Shown here in pieces: positions 26,189 to 39,677 of a stretch of DNA of 64,000 nt. The stretch spans positions 28,768,001 through 28,832,000 of the forward strand of contig CM022672.1 in NCBI GenBank assembly GCA_012295275.1, in the 5' to 3' direction. The DNA is from Chrysomallon squamiferum (taxonomy: Eukaryota > Animalia > Mollusca). The translations under genes were made by a program, and so were the position numbers. Positions within the stretch are counted from its first letter, which is position 1. Each line of letters starts with the position of its first letter. Under the pieces are notes generated by a model. That model was not told where the DNA came from and did no database searches. It saw nothing but the letters and a program-made list of their open reading frames with translations.

Positions 26189-27042
26189 CATTGGTACCTC
26201 TATTATAAGGACATCTGTGTGGCTAAGCAAAAGTGTCAGTATTTCGCAGGTGTCCCATCATTAGAAGGACAAAAATTACTGACAATATACTTAACATATT
26301 TACAATCTTTACTCAGTGCACCCCCAACAAACATAAACGGTCAAGGCTGGGCATTGTCATAGCAACCTTTGCGGCTTTCTCCTAAAACAGAATTGCAAAC
26401 TTACTGAGATCATTGATGGATGCAAATGAAACATATTTTACACATCTTAACTCATTATAAGCAAATACTGCGTTTGAAACCCAAACAGAACTTTCATTTG
26501 AGCCAATAGATAAAAAAAAAAATAATAAAAAAAAAAAAAAATAAAAAAAAAATAAAAAAAATAAATAACAATAAAAAATAATAATAAATAAACAAATAAA
26601 TAAACAAACAAATAAATAATACTTTTTTTTAAATTAAAAATCTTATAAGACATTGTGTTTATTAAATATAAATTATGGAATGATGCTGAATATCTGAATT
26701 ATCAAAATTATGTACAAAAAACTCCCATGGGTTGGCGAGCAAGCATTTGGCAGTATAATTACGTGGGACCTTGGGATTTAACAAAAACAACATACCCTGC
26801 TAAGCGTATAAAGCTGCCGTACAAACAATAAAATTATTTATTTTGGTGAAAACAAATCCAAATCAGAATGACTGTTCGCTTTCAGAGTGAAATAATAAAA
26901 AAAAATGCTGTCCATATCCGTGTTTAATATGCGTCTATTGATGTAAGGGACATATCCAAGAAGAAACAATCAGGTCTCGGAAAATTGGCCCTACATCGTA
27001 GGTACCTTTCATTTCGGGGACCGCTAAAGACTGGCACCACTG
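26189..27042. mobile_element. Non-autonomous DNA-transposon-like repeat, copy 2 (hAT-like ends)
   Basis: Imperfect terminal inverted repeats CATTGGTACC / GGCACCACTG; diverged direct copy of 22449-23307. Ends 45 bp from the stop of exon M6. No clear target-site duplication. Confidence 0.65.
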
Positions 27043-27087
27043 TATTTATATTTATTTCAATGCCTTGCATAATATTAATGAATCATT

Positions 27088-27441
27088 TTATTCATCACCT
27101 TTGATCTTTATTTTTGGCAGTGTTTTTTTATGATACATTAATCCACATATTGATCTATAATGTTTGCCACAATTCTTGCACTTGAGAAGTCCAGCATGTC
27201 CTTTCAGGTGATAAATCAAGTGACTTTTATCTGAGAATGTGCATGGACAGAGGTGACACTTGAGATAGTTTCCTGTGTGTGTCATTTCATGCCTTGCTAG
27301 GTCAGATTTCCGAAGAGTTTGGTAATCACAAAATACACATTTGTGTATCTTTCTACCAAGGTGAAAGGTCTTCTTTGAGTGAAAGTGTTTTGAAACACAG
27401 CGGTTCCTTTTGTCTAATCCTCCACCACGGACAGGCATGTT
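27088..27441 (-). CDS. Alternative terminal exon M6: three zinc fingers (third lacks last ligand as assembled)
   Basis: Acceptor ttttctttcttcactgCAG then AAC ATG, phase 0. CVFC..HEMTH, CHLC..HLKGH, CKNC..H. Confidence 0.87.
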   Translation of the reverse strand, partial: NMPVRGGGLDKRNRCVSKHFHSKKTFHLGRKIHKCVFCDYQTLRKSDLARHEMTHTGNYLKCHLCPCTFSDKSHLIYHLKGHAGLLKCKNCGKHYRSICGLMYHKKTLPKIKIKGDE

Positions 27442-28449
27442 CTGCAGTGAAGAAAGAAAAAGGTGTAAAGTAGTTTATATAAACTTTAAATTTTTTCTTA
27501 ACTCAAATGTGTAGCAATTACCAAATTATATTAGTGTAATAAATTATCTCTGCAACTATCTTTAAACATAATGTAGCATTAAAATTGGCTTTCGTTCAGC
27601 AGTCAAATTAAATTATTTATCTATATCAACAACAACAACAACAAAAAAGGAAAAAAAAAAAGAATTATAAATTTGTATTTGATATAAAATGTATTATAGA
27701 ATCTTTATTTCTTTTTTCTTTGAAGACTATGAAATAAAAAAGTAAAAGCAAAAATAATATATCTTATGTAAAGTTATTTTAATTAGCAAATCAAAGGAAC
27801 AAGAAACAGCACAGCAAGAGAATAACAAATCGCTATAAAAAGAAAATAATTTAATAATTATTGAGATTCCATTTAAAAATAATGAAAAAAATAATGTTCA
27901 GAATTTATTCATTATGTCTTTCTGGACATGAAACAATGGTTTGGAACAATGTCATCTATTTTAATTTAAAGAAAAATCTGTGTCCTCCACTAAGTTATGA
28001 ACAACTCAGTAATAAACATCACACTATATGTACTTTATGGAAAGTTCAAATGGTATCAAACACTAGGCAATAGGTCCCGTTGCATGAAAAAAAGCATTAT
28101 GCTACAAGACAAAATCATATTTTAAGTAACAGAGGAAAACATTTCCTGTTTCATAAAATATGGTTTTGTCTTATGTTTTTCTCATTAATATTTTAATTTT
28201 GCACCAGTTGGCAAAGTATTTTAGTATCTTTCAAAATATATATTTAATTCCACCAACAACAAATATTTTCAGCTGAAATATATACTTTAAATTTTTTTAT
28301 TTTAACCACAGAATATACAGTATAAAATATAATATTAGCTAATAACATGCTAATAATGTAAATTAATGTGCTAAAATAGAGAAGTCTCCAAATCATCAGT
28401 AGAGAAAAGACAAAAACAAAACTCTTAAATATGTTCTACATATTCCTGT

Positions 28450-31400
28450 TAGTAAATATTTGTCATATAAATAGAAAGTGTATGTTATGTAAGAAACATA
28501 CAAGAGTACATAATGGAAAGAATTAAATAGAAAAATAAATAAATTATTTGCATATGTTTTCATATTTTATCCATTAATAGTTATGATATTTATTTACATT
28601 TTATACAATTAATTTTGTCCAGATATTCCATTTTTCTTCAAATTTAATTGTTCCATTATTTATCTTTCAAATATATTTATCTTTGCAATATTACATGTTA
28701 AAAACATTTTGGAAAGCAGTCAAAAATAGTTGTTGGTGTTTGTATTTTGATTTATGTATGTACTGCTTGGCAATTAACAATATTAAATTAATTATATTTT
28801 TCAGAATTATTTGGGTCGCCTAAAATTATTGTTTGTGCATTTATCTGAAGTCTCACTTTTGTTCTAAAAAATATCCATTTTGTAACAGTTTTCCAAAAAT
28901 GTCTGAACATGTTTATATAACAAGATAATATAAATAACAAGATCTTGTATTGAAAATATCTGAGCCTTGTGTCTGTTGTTAGCTTGAACAGAAGAAGTTA
29001 TATACTTTTCCACCATTTGTCATAGAACTCTATACCAAAAATATGCTGCCATTTTATTTTCAAATTTTTTTTATGTTCTGAAGTAGTTTCTATTATACAC
29101 TCACTGTAGAATTTTTTCAAACATTTGTTCTAGGCAGTTAGGAATTCCTGGTATTTGTAAAGTTATTTGGTCAGTAAGTAAAGAGAATTTATAAAAAAGA
29201 ATTTATTGCTAACATCAAGCCATTGTAAATGGTGGTTTAAAGTTATATTTTTACAAAATGCAGTGTATGAAAGCCAGTTGACACAAACAGATGTTTTAAA
29301 AATAAAATTCCTCTATTTGCCCTTGTCTTATAATAAACACACTTATTATCAGTTTTAATATGAGAGTTAACCAGATTAGCAGACTCAGTATTTTTGTCAT
29401 GTCCCTTGTAACTTCACACTTTTCTAGAAATTTGTATATAATACATTTTTCCAAAAGGGATTTGTGCATATCAGCAATTTTACCTTACTGGAGGGTGAGC
29501 CCAAAATTAACATTAGTGAATCTCTATATTGTAAACAATTACTGAGTAGAGAGGCCATATCTTGGCTCAAATACATACTGTTAAAACAAAATAGTTTTAT
29601 AACTTAACATTTATTGCTCTTAAATCACCATTTTGATAATACTGAATTAATGTTTTTCTAGCTATTTTATCAGGCTTTTTATTTCAAATGAACTGAAAGA
29701 AATAGGTTTCTTATAGTTTTGAAGAATCAGTTGGATTTGGCAGTGAAGAAAAAAGAAAAACAATTATTGATCAAACTAAACTTTTTGACTATAGTAAATT
29801 TTCCTAGAGGAGATAAAGAACATTTTGCCCATTGTTCAAGCAGCTTTTAACCTCATTCAACTTTGCATTACAGTTTAATTCACATCTGATAGAGATCCCC
29901 AAGTATTCTAAATACTCTAGTCCATTTTAATTCATGTTTTGAATACAGTTTTCTGTTATTATTACAGTCTTTGCCAAATTTTATGACATTAGTTTTATTT
30001 GTATTAACTTTAAGATAATTTGGTAAAAAATTCTAAGGTTTCTATAGTTTTATCACACCAGTCTAATAGCAGTGTTATGTCATCAGAAAACTGAATTTTT
30101 TTTAATTCATTGGATTTATCTCAGCCCCACACACGTTTGCTATTTCAAGAATCTCCAAACATATGATAAAAAGTAGCAAGATAGCAGATCTCCATGTCTA
30201 CATCCTCTGCCAAGTTTGAAGCATTCAGTGATCTTACTATTTAGATATAAAAATGATATACATTCATTATAAAAGGTCAGTATCCATCTTTGAATCGAGA
30301 CTCCAAACTTGAAATAAGCTAAAACATTTTTTTAATAAAATCCAATGAAATTGAAACAAAAGCTTTTTCAAAATCTACAATTAATAACACCCCAGGTTTA
30401 TTTTTTGTGTATATATAACATAATTGATTGGTCATGTATAAATCTATTTTGATCTGAGAGGACAGATTCTATTTTTTTCTGCAATAACTCCTGATCCTAA
30501 TCTGCGACGGACGCGCCCGCTGACCTGTCAGAAAGCGTGCCCGTCGCAGACGTGCTTCACAACAGCTTGCTCTGATTAGCACATTAATTTTTTTCCTATT
30601 CCTATTCCTGATCTTAATTTGAAAACAATGTTTAGGAGTGGTATTGGTCTCCAGGTCTTAATATATTCTTTTGCCTTATCTTTCTATGGAATAAGTGTAA
30701 TAAAACCTGATTTTTGTGAATCTGATAACTTACCAAGTTGATATCCAAGATTTAAACATCTTATAACAAAATAGTTAATATTGGACCAAAAGAATTTAAT
30801 AAATTCAGTAGTATATCATCTGTTTCCTGGGACTTACTCATTTTTGTTAAGATGTTCTTAATTTCTTTATAACTTAATTCTCCGTGTAGCAATTTTGACA
30901 TATTTCATCTGGCTACTTCACAGTTATTAAGTATTCTGTCTAGATCTATATTAATCAAATCATTGTCTTGATTAGCATATAATATTTTATAAAAAGTTGC
31001 TACTTCTTCCTCAATTTGTTTTTGATTTTATAATAGATTATTTTAGTGTCTATTGATATTTTAATGTTTTTGTCACATAATTTCTCTTTTTTAAGCCACA
31101 CAAAAATTTTGATGTTTTTCTCCGTGTTCCAACCATCGATCTCAAGACCTAATTTAGATTTTTCTTTCCTGTAGACTTCTAGATCAGTTTTAGGATTACA
31201 AAGATTTTATTATATATGATGTGTTTCTCTATAACTGAATCAAGTTGTTTGGAAAATGATGGTTTATCTTTATTGCTTGGATCAGGTACATTAATGAGAG
31301 TGAATCACTGTTTGTTTAATGAATTGTTATTGCTATTAAATTACCATCAGTGCTGCTTACCTGATTTTGTATAGTAAAGAAAGATTTTGAGTTGTTAAGA

Positions 31401-31620
31401 AAATGGCCACATCCCCAGAATTACTTTTAAATGAACTGAAATGACATTACCTACATCCCACTGAGACCTGATTATAATTTCTTTTGTGAAGTGTTTATCT
31501 TGTAGCAAATACATAATAGTGTATATCTCTTAAATATTTAAAAACATCTTTTCTCTTCTCATTAGTTTGGAGACCTTGACAATTGAGAGACTTCATTTTT
31601 TTATGTATTATCCAAATAAG
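28450..31620 (-). mobile_element. Degenerate non-LTR retrotransposon ORF2 (L1/Tx1-like; APE endonuclease + RT)
   Basis: Minus-strand motifs in the expected order: SLNCQGL...KRKDVFKYL (~31590), SNSGDVAIF (~31410), LIVDFEKAF (~30370), QFSDD (~30085), EYLGI (~29900), FEEKWN (~28635). Many stops/frameshifts; ends approximate. Confidence 0.85.
30502..30605 (+). mobile_element. Short GC-rich insertion within the LINE (SINE-like or 5'-truncated retro-element)
   Basis: Flanked by 13-bp direct repeat tcctgatc(c/t)taat (30489-30501, 30606-30618), internal hairpin, (cctatt)n tail. About 50 bp also present at 25941-25993. Confidence 0.65.
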
Positions 31621-31729
31621 CAATATAAATAGTAATTTCTTACTGTACATTGTCTGAGTTTTTAAGGTGAAAGTGTAAAAGATTTTTTTAACATGCACTT
31701 TCACACCAGACACATATCTTCTTTCATAC

Positions 31730-32518
31730 AAGTTTTGTAGAAAAAGAAAATCCAAATCTCATTCGTACTTATTGCTTTCTACATAGAGAAGTTCTTGTTT
31801 CAAAAATATCACAGGAAGATTTAAAGGTTGTGTTACATAAAGTTACTGGAATGGTCAATTATATAAAAAGTAGACCATTGAACTCACAATTAATTGAACA
31901 ACTAGGCAAAGTGATGAACTCTCAGCATGTTAAGTTATTAATGCACACTGAGGTTCGCTGGCTGTCAAAAGGCAAAGTACTAAATCGTGTTCACGAACTG
32001 CACAAGGAATTACTATCATTTTTTTCTCCAGGAAAAGCAGGAGAAATTCTGTGAATACCTTAGTTGCATCTTTGGATGTCTAAAATGGAATACCTAACAA
32101 ATATTTAGTGAACTAAATAAAACAAACAGTAGTATGCAAGGTAAAAACAAAAATATTCTCACTTCAACAGACAAGTTAGTTGCCCTCAAAAAGAAAATTG
32201 TGATTTGGAAAAAAAGAGCAATCACTGGTAATCTTGATATGTTCCCTTTATTGCGTTCTATCTGCATTTGAGAAATGATCCCTACTGTATTTACTTAAAG
32301 TCATTAAGGACAGAAAAGTATGATTGGATTAGAGATCCTTTCACAAATCATTCTTCCAGCATTGAACTTGACTTGCAGTTATGTGCTGTCCATGACTTGC
32401 CATGTTTCTATTTTGCAAAATTCAAATATTTTTCATATATATTCAGCCATGTGTGCCACTATTTTTTCATGTGTGGTCCAAGGTATGCCGCTGACAAAAA
32501 AAATGTTGAGAATCACTG
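31730..32518 (+). mobile_element. hAT (Buster/Charlie-like) transposase relic with right terminal repeat
   Basis: CFLHREVL...MVNYIKSRPLNSQL...LLMHTEVRWLSKGKVLNRVHEL matches Buster/ZBED5-type transposases. Ends TTGAGAATCACTG (reverse complement CAGTGATTCTCAA) followed by CTCTAAAT. Confidence 0.88.
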
Positions 32519-34180
32519 CTCTAAATAGTTTGTACACAAAATGTGGCTAGTTTTTTTTTTGTAACCAGTACCTTTCACATGCAACACATTATTGTGATAT
32601 AAATTGAAGCATCTGAAATATAGACATTACGCACAGTAAACATGAGGTAACATAGAGGACTAGATTGAATTGTAAGCTAGAAAGTGTTATATTTTAAACG
32701 CTAAACACATTTTTTAGTGAATGGTGGGTGGCATGTTTGAAATGTACATGGACTGGCAAACTCATGTCTCATTCTTTTGTGTACACAGGTGATGCAATGC
32801 AAGCTTCTAAGAGTAACATTTTACTAATATTTAAATATTAAACTTGACTAATGATTAAAAATTTTAAAGGTAACTTAGTTGGTATTTTTCAATCTCACCT
32901 TTCAGTCTGACCTATTGTCAACCAGCCTTTCAAGTTTTGTTCTCCAACTTTCTTTGTGATGTACTGAACTAAAGTAAGTATGTGATCGGATCATTAAAAT
33001 GGTAACTTTGTAGACATGAAATAAATGTATGATGACTCTCACCTTTTCATAAGAGTGAAGAATTAAACAAAAAATTAATCTAGATCAAAAGTATGTTTCT
33101 TATAATTGATGGTCATTGATGATCACCAGGCCCTGTGATTAACTGGTGTTACATTATTTCCTTCTTCTTCTTCTTTCTTTTTTGTCTTAGATCAAGTAAA
33201 ACCTACAATTTCCTACACCTTTGTAAGTTTTTTTTTAACATAAAAACTAGATTTCAACACTAGATACTAATAAAATAAAAACATATTTTTTTTTTTTTTT
33301 TACAACAGATTGTATGTAGTACACATTTAATGTTGGTTCACATTTTATCAAATAATTTTTTTCAACAAGAAACTGTTGTCACTGAAATGATAATCCTATG
33401 TGGTTTTTACTGTGTTTATAGTAAGCAAAAAGCATAAATAAAATGGTTTAATGGAAAGATGTTATTTCTTAAAAACAATCCTTAGAATTCCCTCTCTTAT
33501 ACTGTTATTATTTTTTAAAATATATGTTTTAAAAATTAACAACCATCAGTATTAAAGTTATGATCAGATAGATATCATCACTTACAAACTGCTTTTAGTT
33601 TTAACAATAACTGACTGCTGTTCATTATTTTTCAGTCAGTTTTTACAGGATTTTATTACTGTTTTCTTAAAGACAGAACAAACTTGCTATCTCTTGTTTA
33701 CAATGAAAATTAATGCTGCATAGGTAAAATCGATAAAACTTTATTTTTAATTTTTTTTGTTATCTTTAAAACAAATGATGGAACTTTAGCCTGTCCATAT
33801 TTTCTACTTTGCATCAAGTGTATTTAATACTTTAAAATAGTGATAGCAAACTGTAGCCTGCCTAATTACCTGAGACATTTTTTAGTAGGCTCTACACTTG
33901 ATGATGAACAATGTATTACTGAAAAAGCTGCCCATACCAGATTCAAACATCAAACAGCAAGTTAAAAGAGGAAGATCTGAAATGTCAACCACTGACATAT
34001 CTTTACCATCTTTTTAAGTGCACACATACTTTTGAAGAAATGCAAATCTGAAATTAGAAACTTTTGTCAGAGTTTGTTAACTTTGTTAATTTATTTCAAA
34101 TATAAATATGACATCATTAAAACAAATACTGACAAATAAGAAAAAATGCATCTTTAGGTGAGATGTAGATGTTAATATTT

Positions 34181-34582
34181 CTAATGATGTCTTTTCATGT
34201 GATGATTCAAAGTACAAACAGAACCGTATGTTTTTCCACAGTGATGACAATAGATCTTCCCTTCATGCCATCTAATGTGATAGTTGAGTTGTCCTTTATC
34301 TGAAAATCGTCGTGGACACAACTGACACTGAAGATAGTCACCAGTATGAACTCTAACATGTCTGGTGTAATTTCCTTTCAGTCTTGTCATATAGCCACAG
34401 GTTGAACAAGTGTACAATGTCCAGCGACGTGTAACTGATCTTGATGCACTCTGTGATCCAAATTTTCTAGTCCTTGTTGTACTAGTCAAGTAACTGAGAC
34501 TATCAGATTTGTTATCCTCAACAAACTCACAGTTTTGATAAAGTTTCTTCTTGCTGTTCTGGTGTTCAGATGAACTGAAGCT
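34181..34582 (-). CDS. Alternative terminal exon M5: three C2H2 fingers
   Basis: Acceptor ctttcttcccttCAG, phase 0. CSTC..HVRVH, CQLC..HIRWH, CHHC..HMKRH. Confidence 0.89.
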   Translation of the reverse strand, partial: SFSSSEHQNSKKKLYQNCEFVEDNKSDSLSYLTSTTRTRKFGSQSASRSVTRRWTLYTCSTCGYMTRLKGNYTRHVRVHTGDYLQCQLCPRRFSDKGQLNYHIRWHEGKIYCHHCGKTYGSVCTLNHHMKRHH

Positions 34583-36595
34583 CTGAAGGGAAGAAAGCAA
34601 CATGTTACATATGCCATTTTTTAACCAGCTGTCTGTATTTTATAATATAAATTTATTTTATAAAAAAAAAAAATTCATTAAACTTACTTACAAGACTGTC
34701 ATATCTGTATTTACAACATAATTTATTGAATTATCTATTCTGTCAGAAGTAAACAGATACTAGTTTCAAACATGAAAGATAAAACTGTTCATACAAAACA
34801 TTATGGTAATGTACATTTGCTTTCATACATATCACTGTCAGTAAAAAATAAAAATTATGCTGCTAAGAAACATGCAACAAATTAAAAATAATTATAAAAA
34901 AGAGTTTAGTTAAATAACTAATTAATCTACTAAACAAAAATTGGTGTGTAAGTTAACATTAAAGAGTTTTCAAAATATTACAAGAGATGTAGTGAATTAA
35001 CTTTCACTGCAAATGCAAATTCATAATTATAAAATGATTAGTATGAAGTCAATGGTTTTTTTTTATACAAAATGAAGTAATGTTATCTTAGAGGCAATGT
35101 TGAGTGAAATAATAACACTACAGATGTCACTAATTACAACATTATTATAAATATGTATGTGCACAGACACAAGGGAAGTCTAAGATTACTCTTACTTTCA
35201 CATATATTCAGGATGTATTATTTTATTATTACTAACTGAAATACTGTCACAACCAGATGAGTAATCACTGTAGCAATTTTCTCCTTAAAATAGTCTGTTC
35301 ATGTGTCAATAAAAATGTTTCAAGTCGTTTGTTGTCTGCTTTTAGAACAAAGACTGCTGAATAAATTGTCAGGATATGGAATTACCAGAAGCAGTCATCT
35401 TTTTTTTTGATTTTCAACATTTTTATTTTTTATTTCTTACAAATTATGTTACATTTAATTTTGGAAAGAAGCCATATTATAGGGATATCTATATTCAGTT
35501 AACAAAATTATTTTTACCATAATTTTTGATGAGAGTGTATATACAGTCTTAAGTAATAATATAAGTGATCATAATTACTTATTTAATCATCATTTTGTAT
35601 GAATGTTAAAATTATTTTAAAAAATTACATTTAAGTACAGGTTCCAGGGTAGCTATACTATGTGAAAGAGATTAAACCAACCAAAGTATTAATAAGTGCA
35701 TTCATTTGAAAAGAATTTGTGTTGTTCACTTTGCTATTAAATAATTAAGTTTTCTGAGACCAGCTGGTGTAATTTAGAAGGAAAAAAAAAGGGAATCGGT
35801 GATTATATAGTTTATTGCCTCAACAAGTCAAAATCTGGTTTTAAATCATGAATTGATTTGGACCAAATTAGCATTTTCACTTTTAACATCAGCATTGTAC
35901 AATTTTCAAACCAAGAACACACAACATATCTAGTATTTGTTGACATGATGATATTCAAAGACAAAATTTAAATGATAAAGAATATAGTGATGCCTTGTAC
36001 TTCAAACATTCGAGAGTTCAAAACGCTTCTACATTCAAACTGAACATGCAATGAAAAAATGCATTAACTGTGTTTATGACAGGTATTGTGCACCAATGTT
36101 TCTTCTCTCACACTTACTGTAAAGCTATATCTTGTGTCACTCTGGTGATTTGTTCAAAGCCTTTTCCACTTTATTTTTTGTGTTTTAGGTTTTATATATA
36201 TATCCCATCTATTAGCAATGGCATCCAAAAACAATGTGGAAACAAAAGCAATTGTTTATTTTATTAAACAGTATTTACTTAATTTATTTATTGGTTAACG
36301 TTTTCTTGTTTTAATTTATAATTTTTATATTTCTACTTTATATTATATGTATTTGCTCTTTATGTTTATCAAAATGTGTTCTGGTCTGGAAACTGACTAA
36401 TTCACTTTCTGCTATTTCTAATATTTCTAATATTTCACAAGTAACAAAACTTGTAAACCTTCTAGATTTTTGAATCATTAAAAAATACAAGTAATAATGA
36501 AAATACATATAAAAATGTAATAATAAAAATAAAAAACAATAAAAAAGTAAAAACATCTTCTTTATTTTTTTACCAAACTAATAATTCAAAACAAT

Positions 36596-37093
36596 TCAGA
36601 GAAAATGTTGAGTTCTTCTGTGATTGTGTAATCCAGAAATGGAGGTGTATTTCTTTCCACACACAGTGCACTGTAGTTTTCCTGCGTGGCCCATCATGTG
36701 ATAGGAAAGCTGTCCTTGGTCAGAGTACTTGCGAGGACAGAGAGGACAGAGAAAATAATCACCTGAGTGCACACGTTTGTGTTTTATTAGATTTGTGGTG
36801 TAAAAAGTCTCATAGCTACACTCATCACATTTGTGTAACCGTATTCTTGATTTGTTAGGAACGTCTTTCTTCCTTCGGGTTCTGTTCACAAAAGCACAAG
36901 ACCAGGCAGCTGGCTCTGGCTCTGTAACTCTGTTACTTTTGGAAGTCTGACTACAGCTCTGTAATCCTGCTAAACTCATCAGTTCTGCATTATTAACAAA
37001 ATAACCTGTCTTATTGACAAAGGATGAATCTTGTCCAACTCTTCTCATCTGCCCTCTGTTGTGTACAGAGATACAACCAAATAGTGAAGAACT
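36596..37093 (-). CDS. Alternative terminal exon M4: three C2H2 fingers
   Basis: Acceptor cctttgttctctgCAG, phase 0. CDEC..HKRVH, CPLC..HMMGH, CTVC..HRRTQH. Confidence 0.89.
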   Translation of the reverse strand, partial: SSSLFGCISVHNRGQMRRVGQDSSFVNKTGYFVNNAELMSLAGLQSCSQTSKSNRVTEPEPAAWSCAFVNRTRRKKDVPNKSRIRLHKCDECSYETFYTTNLIKHKRVHSGDYFLCPLCPRKYSDQGQLSYHMMGHAGKLQCTVCGKKYTSISGLHNHRRTQHFL

Positions 37094-37852
37094 CTGCAGA
37101 GAACAAAGGCAACACCTTAATTTTAGAAATAACATTTTAATACAATCAAATAGTTTCTTAACAATTCTGTAACTTTAATTACATACATTCCAACTATCAA
37201 ACATTGATATAAAATCAGGAATATTTTGATCTCCTTGATTATCCAATACAAAACAACTTATTTGTTAATTTGGAAAAAAAGAAGAAAAAATATTTGTTTT
37301 GATAACTGCATAAATTTATCATAAATTTTATTATTTACATAACATTATTTATTTTTAGAAATAAGATAAAAAATGTTTAATTTGCTTACATGAATAGAAG
37401 CTAGCAAAATGTTCCCCAAATGATGGCATAATTAAATAGTTTTATGAAAGATCTGCACATCACAACCTGCTGTAACAGAATTTGCTATCTTTTTTCATAA
37501 ACATGTACTGGTGTGATTACGATTCATATTATGAATATGTTCAGAGAGATCCATTTAACTAGTTAACTGACAAAAATCAAGAATCTTGTCAGTTATTACA
37601 AGTGATAATTTCTCAGTAATAAAATCATATTCTAAGCAGTATAGATAAAAATAATAGTTATTCATATGAATAAAAAGAAAGACCAAGTAGAATACAAAAT
37701 TTAATTTCAGATTGATACATTATTTAAAACCAGTATTTGACTATTGAAATATATTCATGAAGGCTGGATTTTGAATAAATTATTATTATTATTTAAATGC
37801 ACAGTGTGCTGATATAGTACAAGTATTGACAGTTTTCTACAGAATTTCTGTT

Positions 37853-38070
37853 TATCAGGTTGTATTAAAAGTTCTGTCCATTTTTTTAAGGCTCAATAAA
37901 ACAATAAAAAAAAACAATATATCTTATTTATTTAATCATTAGTATAGTCATCAATCTTCTCTATGACCTCTTTCCATCTGTCAATGAGCTTTTTAATGCC
38001 ACATTCATAAAATTGCTTAGGTTTACCTATTTAATTTTAAAAAATGGACAGAACTTTTGTTAGAATGGTA
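37853..38070. mobile_element. Decayed mariner-derived MITE
   Basis: Inverted repeat aaaagttctgtccatttttt / aaaaaatggacagaactttt. Interior (- strand) reads KQFYECGIKKLIDRWKEVIEKIDDY, the mariner C-terminal FY..GI..L..RW..VI motif. Confidence 0.78.
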
Positions 38071-38552
38071 CTTTTACAATATTATTTTTAAACATTTTAT
38101 TCAGGCCTAAAACATGCTAAATTGTTGTTTTTTATGCTGGTCATTACTGCTGTACTTAATGGTCTGTTTAAAACCAAATTTAAAATAATAGTAATAATAA
38201 AATAAAAAACAAAAGTACAAAATAGTAAAAAGTTAAAAAGGTTTTATTACTTTGTAAGATATTTTCAAATAACTCAAATTTAAGATAAGTCTTTTAAATA
38301 AAAGTAAATTCTAATTTTAGATATGAATATTCCTTTTAACATGAATATTAATGATTTTGAAGGACTGTTTTTCTCATCCATCTTTGGCAAGTAAACTGAA
38401 TTACCCAAAAACCAACACTGCACAACTGAATTAGCAAAACCCAATTAGGGATGCAGAGAAATGTTTTTGTAACACTATGTAAACTGAAGAATATTACTAT
38501 AATTATACATTTAATGAAGTAATGCATAAAATGTCTGTATATTGCTTCAACA

Positions 38553-38906
38553 TCAGTTTTGACAGTTTTTCCGGTGCAGATTTAATCCAGAAAAAGATCC
38601 ATATTTCTTTCCACACACATTACATTTGAGTTTTCCAGCATGACCTTGCAAATGATAGGACAATTGTCCTGCGTCTGAGTAACGTCGAGGACACAGGTGA
38701 CACTGTAGATACTCGCCCGAATGGATTCTCTTGTGTTTCAGCAGGTTAGTTGTATAGCGAGTCTCATAACCACACAGGTCACACTTGTGCATTTTCCTCT
38801 TCTTTATTGGAGTGATGTTTCTGTGTATGCTTATGTTCACTGATGTTCCTAACATGCTGCATGGTGCCTTAAATCTGGTAGAATGATTTCTGTATACAGA
38901 TGCTTT
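38553..38906 (-). CDS. Alternative terminal exon M3: C2H2, C2H2, C2HC fingers
   Basis: Acceptor ttttttccattctctgCAG, phase 0. Open frame KASVYRNHSTRFKAPCSMLG...; CDLC, CHLC, CNVC..HRKNC. Confidence 0.89.
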   Translation of the reverse strand, partial: KASVYRNHSTRFKAPCSMLGTSVNISIHRNITPIKKRKMHKCDLCGYETRYTTNLLKHKRIHSGEYLQCHLCPRRYSDAGQLSYHLQGHAGKLKCNVCGKKYGSFSGLNLHRKNCQN

Positions 38907-39677
38907 CTGCAGAGAATGGAAAAAAACAAAACAAAAAAAAACAACAAAAAAAAGAGGGAGAAATACTTTGATTTACTTCAAATAATCCAATAATAATACT
39001 GAAATACACACTAGATAATTAAAGAATATGGTTAAAACATAACTTTATTTTCAGTGATATCAGCTAAAAAAAATATTTGAATTTCTTTATGGTTTCTTTA
39101 TTATTTGCAATTGTAATTACAGTCATACTACTGTACTTAAGAATTCCTGCATATTTTATATGGCAACAAAAAAAGAAAAAAGAAAATAAAATCTTTATTT
39201 GTTTATTTTGAAAGTTAATTCAACTTCAGGTAAAAAAAAAAGAAAAAAAAAAAGAAAGCAAAACAAATACAGAATTATGCTAATCTGTACTGAAGAACCA
39301 GAAAAGCCAAGTGTCAACAAATGAACCATTTCACAATAAACTGGTAAATGGAACAGCATCATTCATCAACACAACATTCATGTGTGGCCAACATTTTGTT
39401 TTGAATTTATTTTTGTCTGTGAGCCATTATTGATAATTTACTTTACTTCAATACCATGTCACAACTAAGCATCAGCAGTGTGCTTCCTTCTACCTCTTGT
39501 TTTACAAGCATAAAAAACACATGATAAGCTTTTATCCTTATTTTGTAAGTATCAGTAAATTTCACAATGAAATGTATCACTTAATGCATAAGAATGTACT
39601 TGATAAAAGACTTCTGGTTTATGATCTCAAGTGCTGATGTTCTGTTACAAAACATTTGGTTACATTCTTCTACAGAC

